A stretch of DNA of 64,000 bases from the human T2T-CHM13v2.0 reference genome, Homo sapiens, in assembly GCF_009914755.1 (NCBI RefSeq), contig NC_060938.1. One strand, written 5' to 3'. The notes under the pieces were generated by a model. The model ran no database searches. It saw nothing but the letters and a program-made list of their open reading frames with translations, and had not been told where the DNA came from. The first letter of the stretch is position 1, and every line of letters begins with the position of its first letter. Of the stretch, positions 27,864 to 40,135 are shown one piece after another. A program made the position numbers and the translations under genes.

Positions 27864-28067
27864 CCTCCTCCACCTCTCACCCTGGCCTCCAGAACAGACA
27901 CCCAGTGGGGAGGAGGGAACAGCAAATCAGAAAACCCTGTGAGGAAACCAAAACCATCCTGGTCACGAACAGTTTTGCAGGATAGCTATATTTACCCTCA
28001 GGGAAGGGTATGCATTTCACTGACAGTAACACATTCATTTCTAAATTTATTCATTGGTCACATGACC

Positions 28068-28545
28068 CACCTAACCACCTATCCATCTATATATCCATCC
28101 ATCCATCCATCCACTCATCTATTCATTTACCCACCAGCCCATCTCACCATCCATCCATTTATGCATCCTCCCATACATCCATCTACCCACCGAGCTATAT
28201 ATTATCTACCTTCCCATCCATCCACCCCTCTATACATATATTCAACTATCCAACTACCCACTCAACCACCCTCCATCTATCCTCCTATCCATCCATCTGT
28301 CTACTCATCTGACCATTTATCTGTCTATTCTCTCAGCACTACTCATCATTCATCCATCCATTCATCTTTCTATCCGTCCAACCATCCATCCAACTGTCCT
28401 CCCATCCCTCCATTATCCTATCTGTCCACCCAGCCATCCATTTATTCATGCATCATCACATCCACCCACCATACATCCATCTATCCAATCATCCACTCAT
28501 CCATTGTTTATTTTTCCATTCCAGATAACCTATCTATCCATGTAT
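28068..28545. repeat. Degenerate (CCAT)n low-complexity tract
   Basis: Direct reading. Confidence 0.9.
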
Positions 28546-29499
28546 TTATGCTCACTTGTTGAGCACCCACTCTGTGTCAGGCACTCTTCTAAGCACTGAG
28601 GATACAACGATGATTCCAACAGACAAAAATCCTTGCCCTCATGGAGCTTACACAGGATTGCATACCAGTTACCAAGAGCATAGATCCTGGCATTTCTCCA
28701 TTTCTTTGCACTGTGATGGGCCTGAGAATACCAGAGATGAATCAGACACAGACCCATTACTTCAAATCACATGATCTAGTTAAAATCAGTCATTAAAATA
28801 ACGTCCCATGTTAATTCCAGTGACTCTTTTCTTAAAAATGCCTCAAAGAGTAATAGACTCCAGTTGGGTGCCAATGCTTTAAGAATATGAAGTGGAATCA
28901 ACTAAGCTTGATTTTCATTCTGGCTGGCTGACTCACACTGTGTGGGTCAATGGTTCTTGGTCCTGGCTGAACATTGAATCACATGGCCCTCTAAAAAATA
29001 CCCCGAATACCAGTGCATTACTTTGATTTGTTCAGCAAATATTCACTCCCTTTCCCTAAAGGCAGATCTTTCCCCACCCTTCCCTGTTGATATGGGTCTC
29101 AATATGCATGACTTGCCCTGGCCTGTGAGGGCTGATGGACATGCGTCAAGGATACACATGACAAGTATGTACACTGGGGTTTGCTCTTGCTCCTCTGCCA
29201 TCACCAAGAGAAGAGCTTCCCACTGGAGCTTGCTGCCCCTCAGCCTAGGCCCCAGAGAGAACACACCCGGGCACCTGAGCCCAACCTCCTCAGAGGAGCC
29301 TTCTCCTTCTTCAAGGCCCAGGGCAAGTGCCCCTCTTCTGGGAAGCCGACCCAGATCCTTCTGGGAAGAGGAACTTCTCCTGAGCTGTGGTCAGTAGTTC
29401 ATGGGTGGACTTGACCCTGGATCCTCTTTCCAAGGCCAGCACCTTATGTGAGGAGGTCAAAGTTCACTGCATGGCTGGCCAAACAGCTCCATTTTCATA

Positions 29500-30055
29500 G
29501 GGTGTGGCAGATCCTGCGGATAGTCCCCTCAATGGCCATTTCCCCCATCTTCCCTGATAGCAGAACCTGGCTTTGTCTAGGCAACAGGGTGCCCTGTCCC
29601 ATGGATGAGTCATGACTGCTTCAAGCCAGGTGGGACAATCTCACCGCCTCAGCTGGTGACAAGTCCAGGGGTGGGACTGTAGCCTAGTTTTATCCAAAGA
29701 GTTATAACAGAAAATCTGCTGGGGTGCTCCTATGGAAGACTTTCCTTTCTAATAAAAGAGAGAGCAGTGAACAAAATGATTCCTTTCCCCAACCTCTGCT
29801 TAGTGCTTGGAGGACTTGATGCTTGGAGTGGCAGCAGCCATCTTGTGACCATGAGGGGGACAGTGAATGACAGGTTGATACAATGAGTTTGGCATAATGA
29901 ATAATAGTTTTTCTGGGTCCTTCATTATGTTGCAGAACTGCTGAACCAATGCTGGGTCCGCCCACCCTAGCCTACTTGTTAGGTACTGAAGATTCTTGTG
30001 GTTTAGCCAATGTTAGTTGGGTTTTCTCTTATAGGCAGTCAAATCATCTTAACGG
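29500..30055 (+). mobile_element. Old MLT1-family LTR
   Basis: MLT1-like motifs (gcagcagccatcttgtgaccatgagg); approximate. Confidence 0.55.
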
Positions 30056-32055
30056 ATGTCTCTCAGGCCTGGCTGAGAGTCTTGAAAACATGTCAAGGAC
30101 CTGGTTCAGCCCCGAATCAATGAACTCAAAGCCTCAGGGCTGGGACCCAGGGAATGCAATGCTAGAGGCTTCTCTGGTGATGTTAGTGTGTGGCCAGAGT
30201 TGAGAACCCCTGCTCAATGAGATTAATATGTCAGGTGGCCAGTCTGTGGTCCACACTAGAGGAGGGGAAGGGTCATGACCTCACAATCATTTTATGCCCG
30301 ATGCTTGGAGTGCTGTTATTTACAGCAGTAGCAGCAGTTTTATTTATTGTGAAAGGAGCCCAGGACAGGGAACCAAGGGACTTGGGTTTCTGTCCCAAGT
30401 CAGCCATGAGCGCCTCTCTTCCTCTCTTGTGTCCTCAGTTTTTCCATCTGTTAAATGGCAGGGTAGACTAGAGCCTGTCCTCTGGCCCTTGTACTGGCAG
30501 GAGGTACCTGTGCAGCTGGGTGGAGCCCCCATCTCCAGCTGGCCCAGGCCTGGCTTCCCACTCCTTTGCTGCTTCTCTGAGGCTGGGGTCCCTGCCAGGT
30601 CTGAGTTGGCCCAGGTCTGCCTTCAGTGGCGGGGGGAAGGGGCTCTGCCCAGTGAGGTATGACACCCTCCTCTTCTCTTCTCTAAAGCTGGTCTGGCTTT
30701 ACATACCCCACCGCCTGGTGCAAGGTAGGGGCTCAGTGCACATGGTGCTGAACTAGCAGGAAGTGCTGGTGCCCAGGACCTGGCCTGGCATCCTGGTGCC
30801 ACCATCTAAAGGTGTCTGCTCAAAGCCAGGGCACAAGGGGGAAGAGCACTGCACTAAGAGTCATAGGCTGAGCTATAATTGCCCTTCTAAGGCCAAAGTG
30901 CTTTGTGACCTCAGCTAAGTCCCTGTCCTACTCTGGGCCTCAGTTTCCTCATTGCAAAAGGACGATTTGGGGCTGGAAGTTTTCCGCAGATTTTTCAGTT
31001 CTAAAGAGTCTGCAACTCAGCGAGACGTTTGGTTTGGCTCTGTGCTATTAAACCTCAAATTCTCTGTCCCTGGGGATCCCCTATGGCCATGTCGACAAAA
31101 AGAGGTTAGTATTGGCCATGGGGGAACAGAAAACCCGGGGGGAGTGGAGGGATCTTGAGTCTGGAGGTCAGGACCCCTAAGTCTACTTTCAATTCTGCAA
31201 CTTACTAGCTATATGACCTGGGGCAGGTCACTTCCCCTTTTCTGGGCCTCAGTTCCTTTATTAATAAAAATGGGAAGGAGATAAGCTACTTCGCTATGCT
31301 GTAGAAGCATATGTGAGCTAAGATGTGTAGGCAGCTTGTAAGGGGTAACATGATTATTTCGTGGGGACCCCTCATCATCTCCAGGCAGCTGCTGGCCCTG
31401 CAGCCTGGTATGGGCCAGAGACTCATAGACAGCACATGGCTGCAGTGGCCCTTCCCTGACCATGTGCCTTCCTGGAGGCGAAGGCAGCCAGGTAATGGTC
31501 ACCCAGAATCACCAATCCCGAAGCTAATTCCAGACTTACCAGGCCCTTCCCAAGCCTCTCCCGTGGGTTGACACCACTCAGAGACTTTACATTGGCCAAT
31601 TATCCATGTCATTACCTCACACAGCCCTGGAAGGTAGGAAGATTTTCACTGAATTAACTTAATTCCTCTACAGCCCCTCTCCTTCCAAAAGGACCCTGAT
31701 GCTCATACGTTATTGGTCCCATTCTACAGATGAGGCAGGTAAGGTTTAGAGCGGGAGGGGAAGGGTTTATAGGAGGAGAGACATATAGAAAGCTGGGATT
31801 TGAAGCCTGATCTTCCAACCTCAAATCCAATGCTCTTTCTGGCAATTCCAGGAACACTGACCCAAGCAACTGACACACACATGGGTTTGGAGCAGATCTG
31901 TCCTCATCCAGCTGCAGCCAGCTATCCTCCCAGCTGCCCAGCACCCCCTGGCCTATATCTGTGCCCTGGGCACCATACCAGCCTCTTTGCCTGCTGCATG
32001 GAGGGTACACGCAGAGGGAGGAGAAGGGTTTAACCTTGACAGGACCTTGAGAAAG

Positions 32056-34044
32056 TCTACTCCTTGGACTACCTGCTAGAGGCCTGTCTCCCTAGAAAGT
32101 CTGGAAACTTCTGAGGAGCAGGACTATGTCATACTCGTAACCCCAGGACCTAACCCAAGGCTGGGTACACAAAAGGTATTTAATAAATGCTAGATGGACA
32201 GGTGAATGAATGATAGGACCACAACAGTGCTCAAACCCTTGGAAGCACAGCTGTTATGGAGTTTACTTGAGAGAGAGGGACTCTGCCTTTGAAGAGGCAA
32301 ATTTCCTACCCCACTGTGGACCCACATATCTCTTGCTTTTCCCACTGAGGTCCTCAGCCTTCAAGGGTTCTTGGGTAAGTTACCCACCTTTATGGGTAAA
32401 ATGGATAAAATGCACAAAATGGAGATATTAGCCAGTGTTATTATGGGGTTGGTGGTAGAGTCAAAAGGGTTCATGTGTGTACAGGCTCAGCTGTGGGTCT
32501 GGCTGTTAGTAAGTGTGCAATGCACGGGCCGCTTCAGGACAGGAAACTCCCTGTCCCTGAACGGATGCAGTCGTAGGCTGGTGACAGCTGTCAGGGATGC
32601 TATGGCGGCGTCTCCTGGGGGACAGGTGGTGCTGCTCAGCCCTGGCACGAGGGGGAAGTTATGAAGCAGCGTGTGGAGCCAGCCTGACTGAGTTCACATC
32701 CCAGCTTTGCTGGTTGTTAGCCGGGAGAGCCTCTGGAATAGTAGTTTCTCCATCTGTAAAATGGACAAGGTCAGAGCACCTATCTCTTGGGAGAGGGCAT
32801 TGATTCGGGTGATGCCTTGCCCCTCTTTGGACCTCAGTTTCCCCTTGTCATGAAGATGCTGCCCAGCTTGATTTCTGAGACCTCTGTCTGGGGGTTGGGC
32901 GGCCTTCTGGGCCTAAGTCTTGGAGGGAGGCCAGCAGCCTCAAGGGACACTCTGGGAGGCTGATTGGAATCAAAAATAGCCCTTTCCCAAGGAAAGCAGG
33001 AGTCTAATAGGCCTTGCCCAGCCATCAGGGAGGCTTCCTGGTAGAGGGAGGGGCCAGTCCAAGGCCAGTGTGGAGCAAGGGAGGCCTGGCCCCGCAGGGC
33101 CTTCAGGAGTGCCTCTCCTGCCCTCTTTGCAGAACCCCAAACATTGGTTCTTGAGAAGCCCCATCTTTCCCCAGGTGACATCTGTAAAGTGGCTGTGACA
33201 GGGTTACTTAGGTTAATCCACGTAAATTACTCAGGCAAATCCACTCAGAGCAGTACCTGGTTCATTCACAGCCGGCTCTCTTCTAAGTTGGGCCTTAGTC
33301 TCCACATCTGTGAAATGGGAAAAGAGACATGGACCCTGGCAGGGTTATAGTGAGGACCAAAATTGCATTTAAAAAGTGGTCTTTTCCTCCTAGTACCTTC
33401 CCCTCTCTACCAACCCAGGTTTGCAGACAGCCAGGGTCTGCCCGGGAACTGGCGGTGGATGGGGTGGGTCTATGTGGTTGTTTGAGGGGCTGGGGTGGGA
33501 GGTGGTCACTCTCCAGATGTCTTAGCAGAAAACTGGGGGCTAGAGGAGACACAGCTGGGAAGGCGGGGCCAAGAAGGAGGCTGGCAGCCATCCTCCACCA
33601 CACCAAGCTCCACCAGAGGCTTGGGTCATGCCAGGGACTTGGGTCGGACATGTGAGGCTGCACAAGCCACTTAGCATCCTTGGCTGTGTTTGTGGATGGA
33701 GCTGCTCGTCAGCCTACCCTGCCCTGAAGGTGCCCTTCCAGAAACAGCTCCAGCATCTCCTCTACCAGGAAGCCTCCCTGATGGCTGAGAGTCCTCTGCT
33801 GCCTCCAAGGGCCCCCTTCACATTCTACTGCTTGGACTGCCTGCTATGGTCCTGTCTCTCTAGAAAGTCTAGAAACTTCTGAGGAGCAGGACTATGTCGC
33901 ACTCATGTTGTAACCCCAGGAACTAACCCAAAGTCAGGTACACAATAGGTATTGAATAAATGCTGGACAGACGGGTGAATGAACGATAGGATCATGACAG
34001 TGCTTCAAGCCCTTGGAAGCACAGCTGTTATGGAGAAGTTTACT
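32056..34044. repeat. Direct repeat pair, 32056-32267 and 33824-34044 (L2 3' end plus flank)
   Basis: Manual alignment, roughly 85% identity. Confidence 0.9.
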
Positions 34045-35237
34045 GCACAGTGGTAGACGGTGGCACGGCCCGAGTGCCCCACTGCCTATACTCAACCCTA
34101 GCTCTGCCACCTCCTGGCCACGTGATGTGAAGCAGGTTACTCGGTGCCTCACTTTGCTCATCTATAAAATGAAGATATTAATGGCATCCTGCCTGTGGAG
34201 GTGTTGTCAGGTGAAATTAGGTGACAGGTATAAATGTGGAGCACCTGGCACACAGCCGGTGGCCCCTAAAAATCTGCTCGTGTTATTCCACAGGTCCCAA
34301 GATGCTGCGATTCTCTGCCGTGATCCCAGAAAGTGGGTGAAACAGCCTAAACCTGTTCCTGCTGGGAGGATGCTACCTGAAACTCGTGCCCAGCTGGCGG
34401 TTCTCTAGGAGGCTCCATCCAAGGGATTTGAATTCCCACAAGCTCTCCTCCATTTAACAAGATTGAGAGTGAAAGTGAAAATGAGCCCCAAGCCCAGCCT
34501 TCGCGTGACAGCTGTGGTCAAAACTGCCGCTGTGACTGTCAGCTCCCCGGGCTGTGCGCAGAGCCTGCCGGGTGGTCCCAAGGGTCAATCATGGGGCTGG
34601 AGCTTGGGGAGGAAGGGGATCTCCACGCCCTCCCCCGAAGCCAGCTTGGGTGCAGGATGGATTCTGCACACTCCTTTCAAATTCCCCACTCTCCAGGAAC
34701 CCTCCTGTCCCCCTGCCCTCTCTGCTCACATCATCTGCTGCCCTAGACTTTGGAGGCTTGAATTTCTGCACGAGGTGACTGCCAACAAATGACAAGAGCA
34801 GCCATTTAGTGAGCACGTAATTCATTTAATGGTGCTGAACACAGAGCAAGTGCTGCATGAGTATTTTGGTTAGGGTTCACTTGTACCTTTTAGGTTTAGC
34901 TCTTATGCAAAGCCTGTGGTTCAGATCCATGTGTCACCCTCAGGTCACTACGTCCCACTGCAGCAGGTATGGGGAGAATCATAACCATAACACCTTCCCT
35001 TGCAGTGAATTTCTCTCTCATATTTGTCTTTAGTTTGAACCACATAATAAATCTATAAGCGTATTATAGTTCCTATTCTATAGATGAGGAGACTGAGGCA
35101 CACTAAGGGAAAAAGTGACAAGGAAGAGACTAGAGGCTACATCTGATTTTACACCAAGTATTCATCCCACACAATGAATAGCAACCACCGGATGTTTTTC
35201 AAGATTTGAGTGAAGGCCAGAATCAAACTGAAGACTA

Positions 35238-35420
35238 TGTGTGTGTGTGTATGTGTGTTCATATTCAAAAACACTACATACACGCTACATGTATTATATA
35301 TATTATATAATATACACACATAATAACATATAACATATAAGTATATAATAGGTAATTATATATTTTTATATTAATAATATAATATATATTATATATATAA
35401 TATACACACATATACATACT
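35238..35420. repeat. (TG)n followed by AT-rich (TA)n low complexity
   Basis: Direct reading. Confidence 0.8.
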
Positions 35421-38400
35421 TTCTATAAATCTACTCCAAAAGCTTCAAGGTCTCCCAAATATCACATGACCCATAGCTAAGGCAATCCTGAAACCTGGCT
35501 GCTTGGGCTAGCCTGGGGACACACGAGGAGTCAGGAACTGGGCTGTCCTTCCTTGCAATGCTCTCTCCTTCTGCCAAAACTTATCTTTCTGATCTGCCTT
35601 TCCCCCCAGGATCCAGGGTGGTCCTAGGAAACCCAAGGAAACGCTTCCAGCTGGAGTGCTCGGAGGTGTAGGACATTGTTCTCTTCCCTTCCCGGGTCCT
35701 GTTGTTTTAGAACCTAATCAATAAAAATTAAGCTGGTGCCTGTGGGTCCTTGTCCTGTCTCCATCCAGGCCACTTTCATAGGTTGCCTCATTTTACTTTT
35801 TCAGTACTAGGGAGAAGAGTGGTCTTCCCATGGCGCGGATGAGGAGACTAAGGCCTGGAATGTATGTGGTACAGAGGTTGAGACCACGTCAGCCTGCGCC
35901 GTCTTCATCAGGCCCTCTGACACAACATTAAGGGCATGGCAAGGAGTCAGTTGCTCCGTGACCCTAAACCTCATCCCTCTGGAGGCTTCATCTCTGCTCT
36001 GGCTAAGAAATGCTCTGACCTTGGTAAGGAAGGGGGGATGGAATCCCAGCCACCTTGCCCTTGACCCCTATGAGTGGCCAAGTCGTAGCCAGGGTGGGCC
36101 TTTGGCCATGGGGGCAGTGCTCTCAAGCCTCTGGCTGCCCTGGGGCCTGGTGTCTAGGGCCTCACAGCTGCTAGGAGTTTGAGCCTTTGCTCAGACCCAC
36201 ACCATCAGCTAAGGAAAGCACCCACAAAGGCCAAGCTTCCAGTTTACCCCCAGCCACCACCACCACCGGCTGCGTCATCTCAGACCTTTTGATGCTGATT
36301 TCAAGCTCCCGGCTTTCGGGTGCCAGGGCCTTGGGGCTTCCAAGGCTGGGCTGGGGCTGCTGGAGGTGACTCAAGAGGTGTGCTCAGGGCTGCAGGCCCC
36401 AGCTGACTCCACAAGACAGGGCTCTTCTCTTTGTATGGAGTAGGGGTGTGACTGCCCCTACATAACCCTGTAGGAGGTGACAACCAGGGATTTGAACCTG
36501 TCCAAAGCTGGCTCTGCTCCCACGCCAGCAGACACTCTGTGCCCATTGTATAGAGGAGGAGACTGAGGCTGCATCTGAAATGGAGCGCCTCTTGCTGATC
36601 CAAATCTTGGTGAATCTCTCCCGAAGAGTCTAAGACCCTAACGAAAAGTCTTGGTAATTTATTTACTTATTGATGTACATTGAGGATGCCACTCCAAAAA
36701 GAGAGCAAGAATGATGGTGAGAGGAAGAGAGGGAAGAAGGAAAAACACAGGAAAAACCTCCCTGTAGAAGGTTTTTTGAATGTGGAAAGTGCCCTGTTGC
36801 AATGATGAGCATCCATTCTGCACAGGACATGCCCACTACCTGCGGCAGTGCCCACACCACCAGCTAAGAAAAGCACCCACAAAAGTCAAGCTTCCAGTTT
36901 ACTTCTTTGGGCCCCTGAGCTATTGAGTCTCCAGGCCCATGGGTGACCTTCTTCTCCACCTCCTGAGTGAAGGGCCCTTCTGCTGCCTCCTGGCCCTGCC
37001 AGAGGCTGGCCCCTCCCCGCATCTGTGTGGCTCAGACACTCACAGCTCAGGACACAGGATTCCAGGCCCCTGACCCATATTCTGCCCAGGCACTACCAAT
37101 GCCAGGATCTGCCATCTGTGCCAGTGACCAAAGGTGGGGGTGACAGGGGTGGACGGGGCTGGTCAGTCCACCTCTGAGCCTCCCCAGCACCCCTGCCCTA
37201 GCACAGCCCGCCTAGCCCTGTTCTGTCCTTTGGGCAGACAAAGACGGCGGACCCTCACCTTGGTTCCTTAGTGGCAGAAGACACAGGGGGTTCTGGAGGC
37301 TTTAACTCCAGGCAGCAGAGCGGGAAGGCTCAGGCAGGGCAGGGGGAATCCTCCATAGCCCCTCCTCACCTGCAGGGCTGGCTGGAAATCTTTTAAGTTA
37401 GATCTCACCCAAATCGGCGAGGTTCTTTTTCCTTTTTTATCCTCTCTCCTCTGAGTTCCCCTGACCCCGCCTCCATTTAAATCTTTCTCTTCTCTTTTCT
37501 CTGCTTTCCTCTCTCCTTTTTTACTCCTCTATGTCCCATTCTTTTTAAAAAACAGATAGTTTAGGAATTTCAATTTACCTTTATTTCAGCACCACCTCCC
37601 CAAAAACATTCCTCCCAACCACAAAGCTCTTAATAACTTCATTTATATTCCTGGGCGTTAATTATTCCAAACAATGGTGCTAAGGAAAGAGAACCACAGA
37701 CACAAGCCACTCCTGTGACAGCTGGCTCCTGTGGGCAGCCTGATCCTCTGCAGCGCAGAAATGGAAGGACACTGGGCAGGCCCAGAGATATTTTTGTGCC
37801 TCCTTTGGGAAGGCTCTTTGGATCTAGCCTGTCCACAATATACGGGCACCTTATGATGCCTTGAGTGTGCCAGAGACATTTCCCCTGGGTGCACGATGGT
37901 CCTGTTTACCACTGCCACAGTACCTTGAGAGGCCACAGGACGCTGTGGCTTTGAATGTGGACCTTGCAGACCAAAAGGTCAGATTCCTGACTCCAACACT
38001 TGCAGCCGTCCAGCCTTAAGCAAGACTTTTAAGCTCTCATAACCTGTTTCCAGACCTGAAAATGGGAGTAACGATCACCTGTAACTCATGGTAGCCTTGA
38101 CCGAAGTCAATGAGAGAAATCTGCACACAAGCTTGGGCCAGTGCTCAACAAAGGCTTGCTGGTATGGCCTGTGTTGTTGTTCACTGTGAGGTCACCGTGC
38201 GTGGGTTAGACAGTGTCCCCCACCCCCGCCACCACAAGGCACTCATGACCCGGCCTGTTTGTGCAAGAACAGATGATGCAAACCAGCATGGCACCCAGCG
38301 GAGCTGCTGCCAGCTTCTTGGGGACGCTGTGCAGCACATGGGCCTGCCACCAGCTGTCAGGACCCGTCCAACTGTTTTGGAAGTGCCTCGAGCATCTGCC

Positions 38401-39744
38401 ACTGGCTGCCTCATGGTGCTTCTGCCCAGGCAGAGGTCAGGGCTGTGGCGGGGGTGCTGGCCCCAGCTGGCTCTGCCTGCGTCCCTCTGAGCCCCCTCAA
38501 GCCCTCGCCTCACGAAACAAGCTTATCTTCAGAAGAGCATTCCTGTCCTGTGCAGGGGCTCAGCTTCTGCCCTGCTTCAGGCCTTCCTCATTTACCTGCC
38601 CTCCCTAGGAGTCACCAGCCTCCTTGCCTCCTCATTCCAGTGCATACCCCTGGCTTCCCGAAGAGCCACCGAAGCCAAATCTCACATCCTCCAAGGGGAA
38701 TGGGCCACTGAAATGAAAATGATTCTCCACCTAGAGGCACCAGAAACCAAGTCATGTTTCTGGGCCTCCAACTCTGGGGCCTGAGATGTGAACACACGGG
38801 TGGGAGTGTAGGTGCCTGGCTGTGTCCCTTCATATCCCAGATGCTCAATGCATGTGGCTATGTGCATGCCGTCCTCTGCTCAAAAACTCTCAGAAAGTGT
38901 TCCAACTTCTTGCTTGGCCTGGAAGGATGTGCCTCTCCCTCTGGCCTCCCCTTCTAGCCTCACCCCCATTTTTCACATGCAGAACCCTTTGCCAGAGCCA
39001 CATTTCACTTTCCATCATCACCCCAGGTCCCTTGACTTCCCTGCCTTTGCCCAAGCTGCTCCTCCACCTGGAGGTCTCTGTTTCCACCCTGAGGCATCCC
39101 ACCCATCCTTTCAAAGGCCACGGCCTCCTTAAATGTGTCATGCATATGCGTGTGCACACACATGCATGGTATTCTTGCATCCCTGCATTCCACAGCTTTG
39201 TTGGATCTCACATAAATAACATTCCTCCATTTCCTCTCCTAATCCCCAAACAGTTGAAAGCAGAGCACATGGCACCTTGGCTGCTATGGTCTCCCACAAT
39301 ACCGTGCATGCCTAGGCACTCTGCAACAGCTACATTAAATTAACTCCCACTCATGAAAACCTCTATCTGTGCGCCTGGCCTGAAAGCATTTCTGAAAGTC
39401 ACTTGTCTGACACAGATACTGCCCAAGACCTACAGACCCAACAATAGCATCATTGATAAGTCCTTTTGCATTTCCATTTTTAGAAGTGCACAGCAGAGTG
39501 ATATTCTGAGCCAGAGTCCTCCAGAAGAATGGGTAAGTACATGCAAATTGCTGAGTCTCTGTTCATTGCATCCAAAACGAAAGTCACCAGCGTGCTGTAT
39601 AACTCAAGAAAATACGAGAGAGAGGGAAAAGCAACATCACAGTTTGACTACAAGCGGTTTCCAGTAAGTACTGCAGCCGAAAATCCCCACCAGCCAAAGA
39701 ATCTTTTGCAAGATCTGTATAAGAAAGTTGAAAGCATGCATTAC

Positions 39745-39880
39745 CTGTTAGGCTCTGAAACAAGGGTACAATTCAGGGGTAATACAAAGGATTTTCTTGA
39801 AAGTGTCTTAATTCAGAACATGCTCCCCGAGTTTTCCTTCTGCCCTGGCCCCAAGCTTCTGGCTGCTCTGCCAGGCAGTT
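39745..39880 (-). other. ASB2: Probable non-coding exon 1 of ASB2beta (5' end approximate)
   Basis: Donor AACAG|gtaatg at 39745; A-rich TATA-like AAATAAA at ~39909-39915 and CArG box upstream; consistent with my recollection of the gene extent. Confidence 0.65.
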
Positions 39881-39899
39881 CTGAAACGCTGTCCTTTGA

Positions 39900-40135
39900 A
39901 GCAGGGAGTTTATTTTGGGGCCACCGCATGACCAACGTTGACAAGCCAAACTATAAGATGTTATACATCTCAGATTTCCTGTTTGGAGGTTGCACTGAGG
40001 AAGCTGCAATCCTGCCTTCCGTTCCTCCGGGTGCATCGAATACAGACTCTCACTTCAGAGAGGATCCCGGAGCTTTGGCCCTCACGTGATGTCATCATTT
40101 GTGATCCTTGACATGGAGGCCATATATGGGTATGT
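39900..40135 (-). promoter_or_regulatory. ASB2beta proximal promoter: TATA/MEF2-like element (39909-39918), E-box TCACGTGA (40082-40089), perfect CArG CCATATATGG (40120-40129)
   Basis: Motifs read directly; CArG is the SRF consensus CC(A/T)6GG. Confidence 0.6.

Noticed and set aside
27939-28562. 207-aa His/Pro/Ser-rich ORF
   Set aside because: Translation of the (CCAT)n tract
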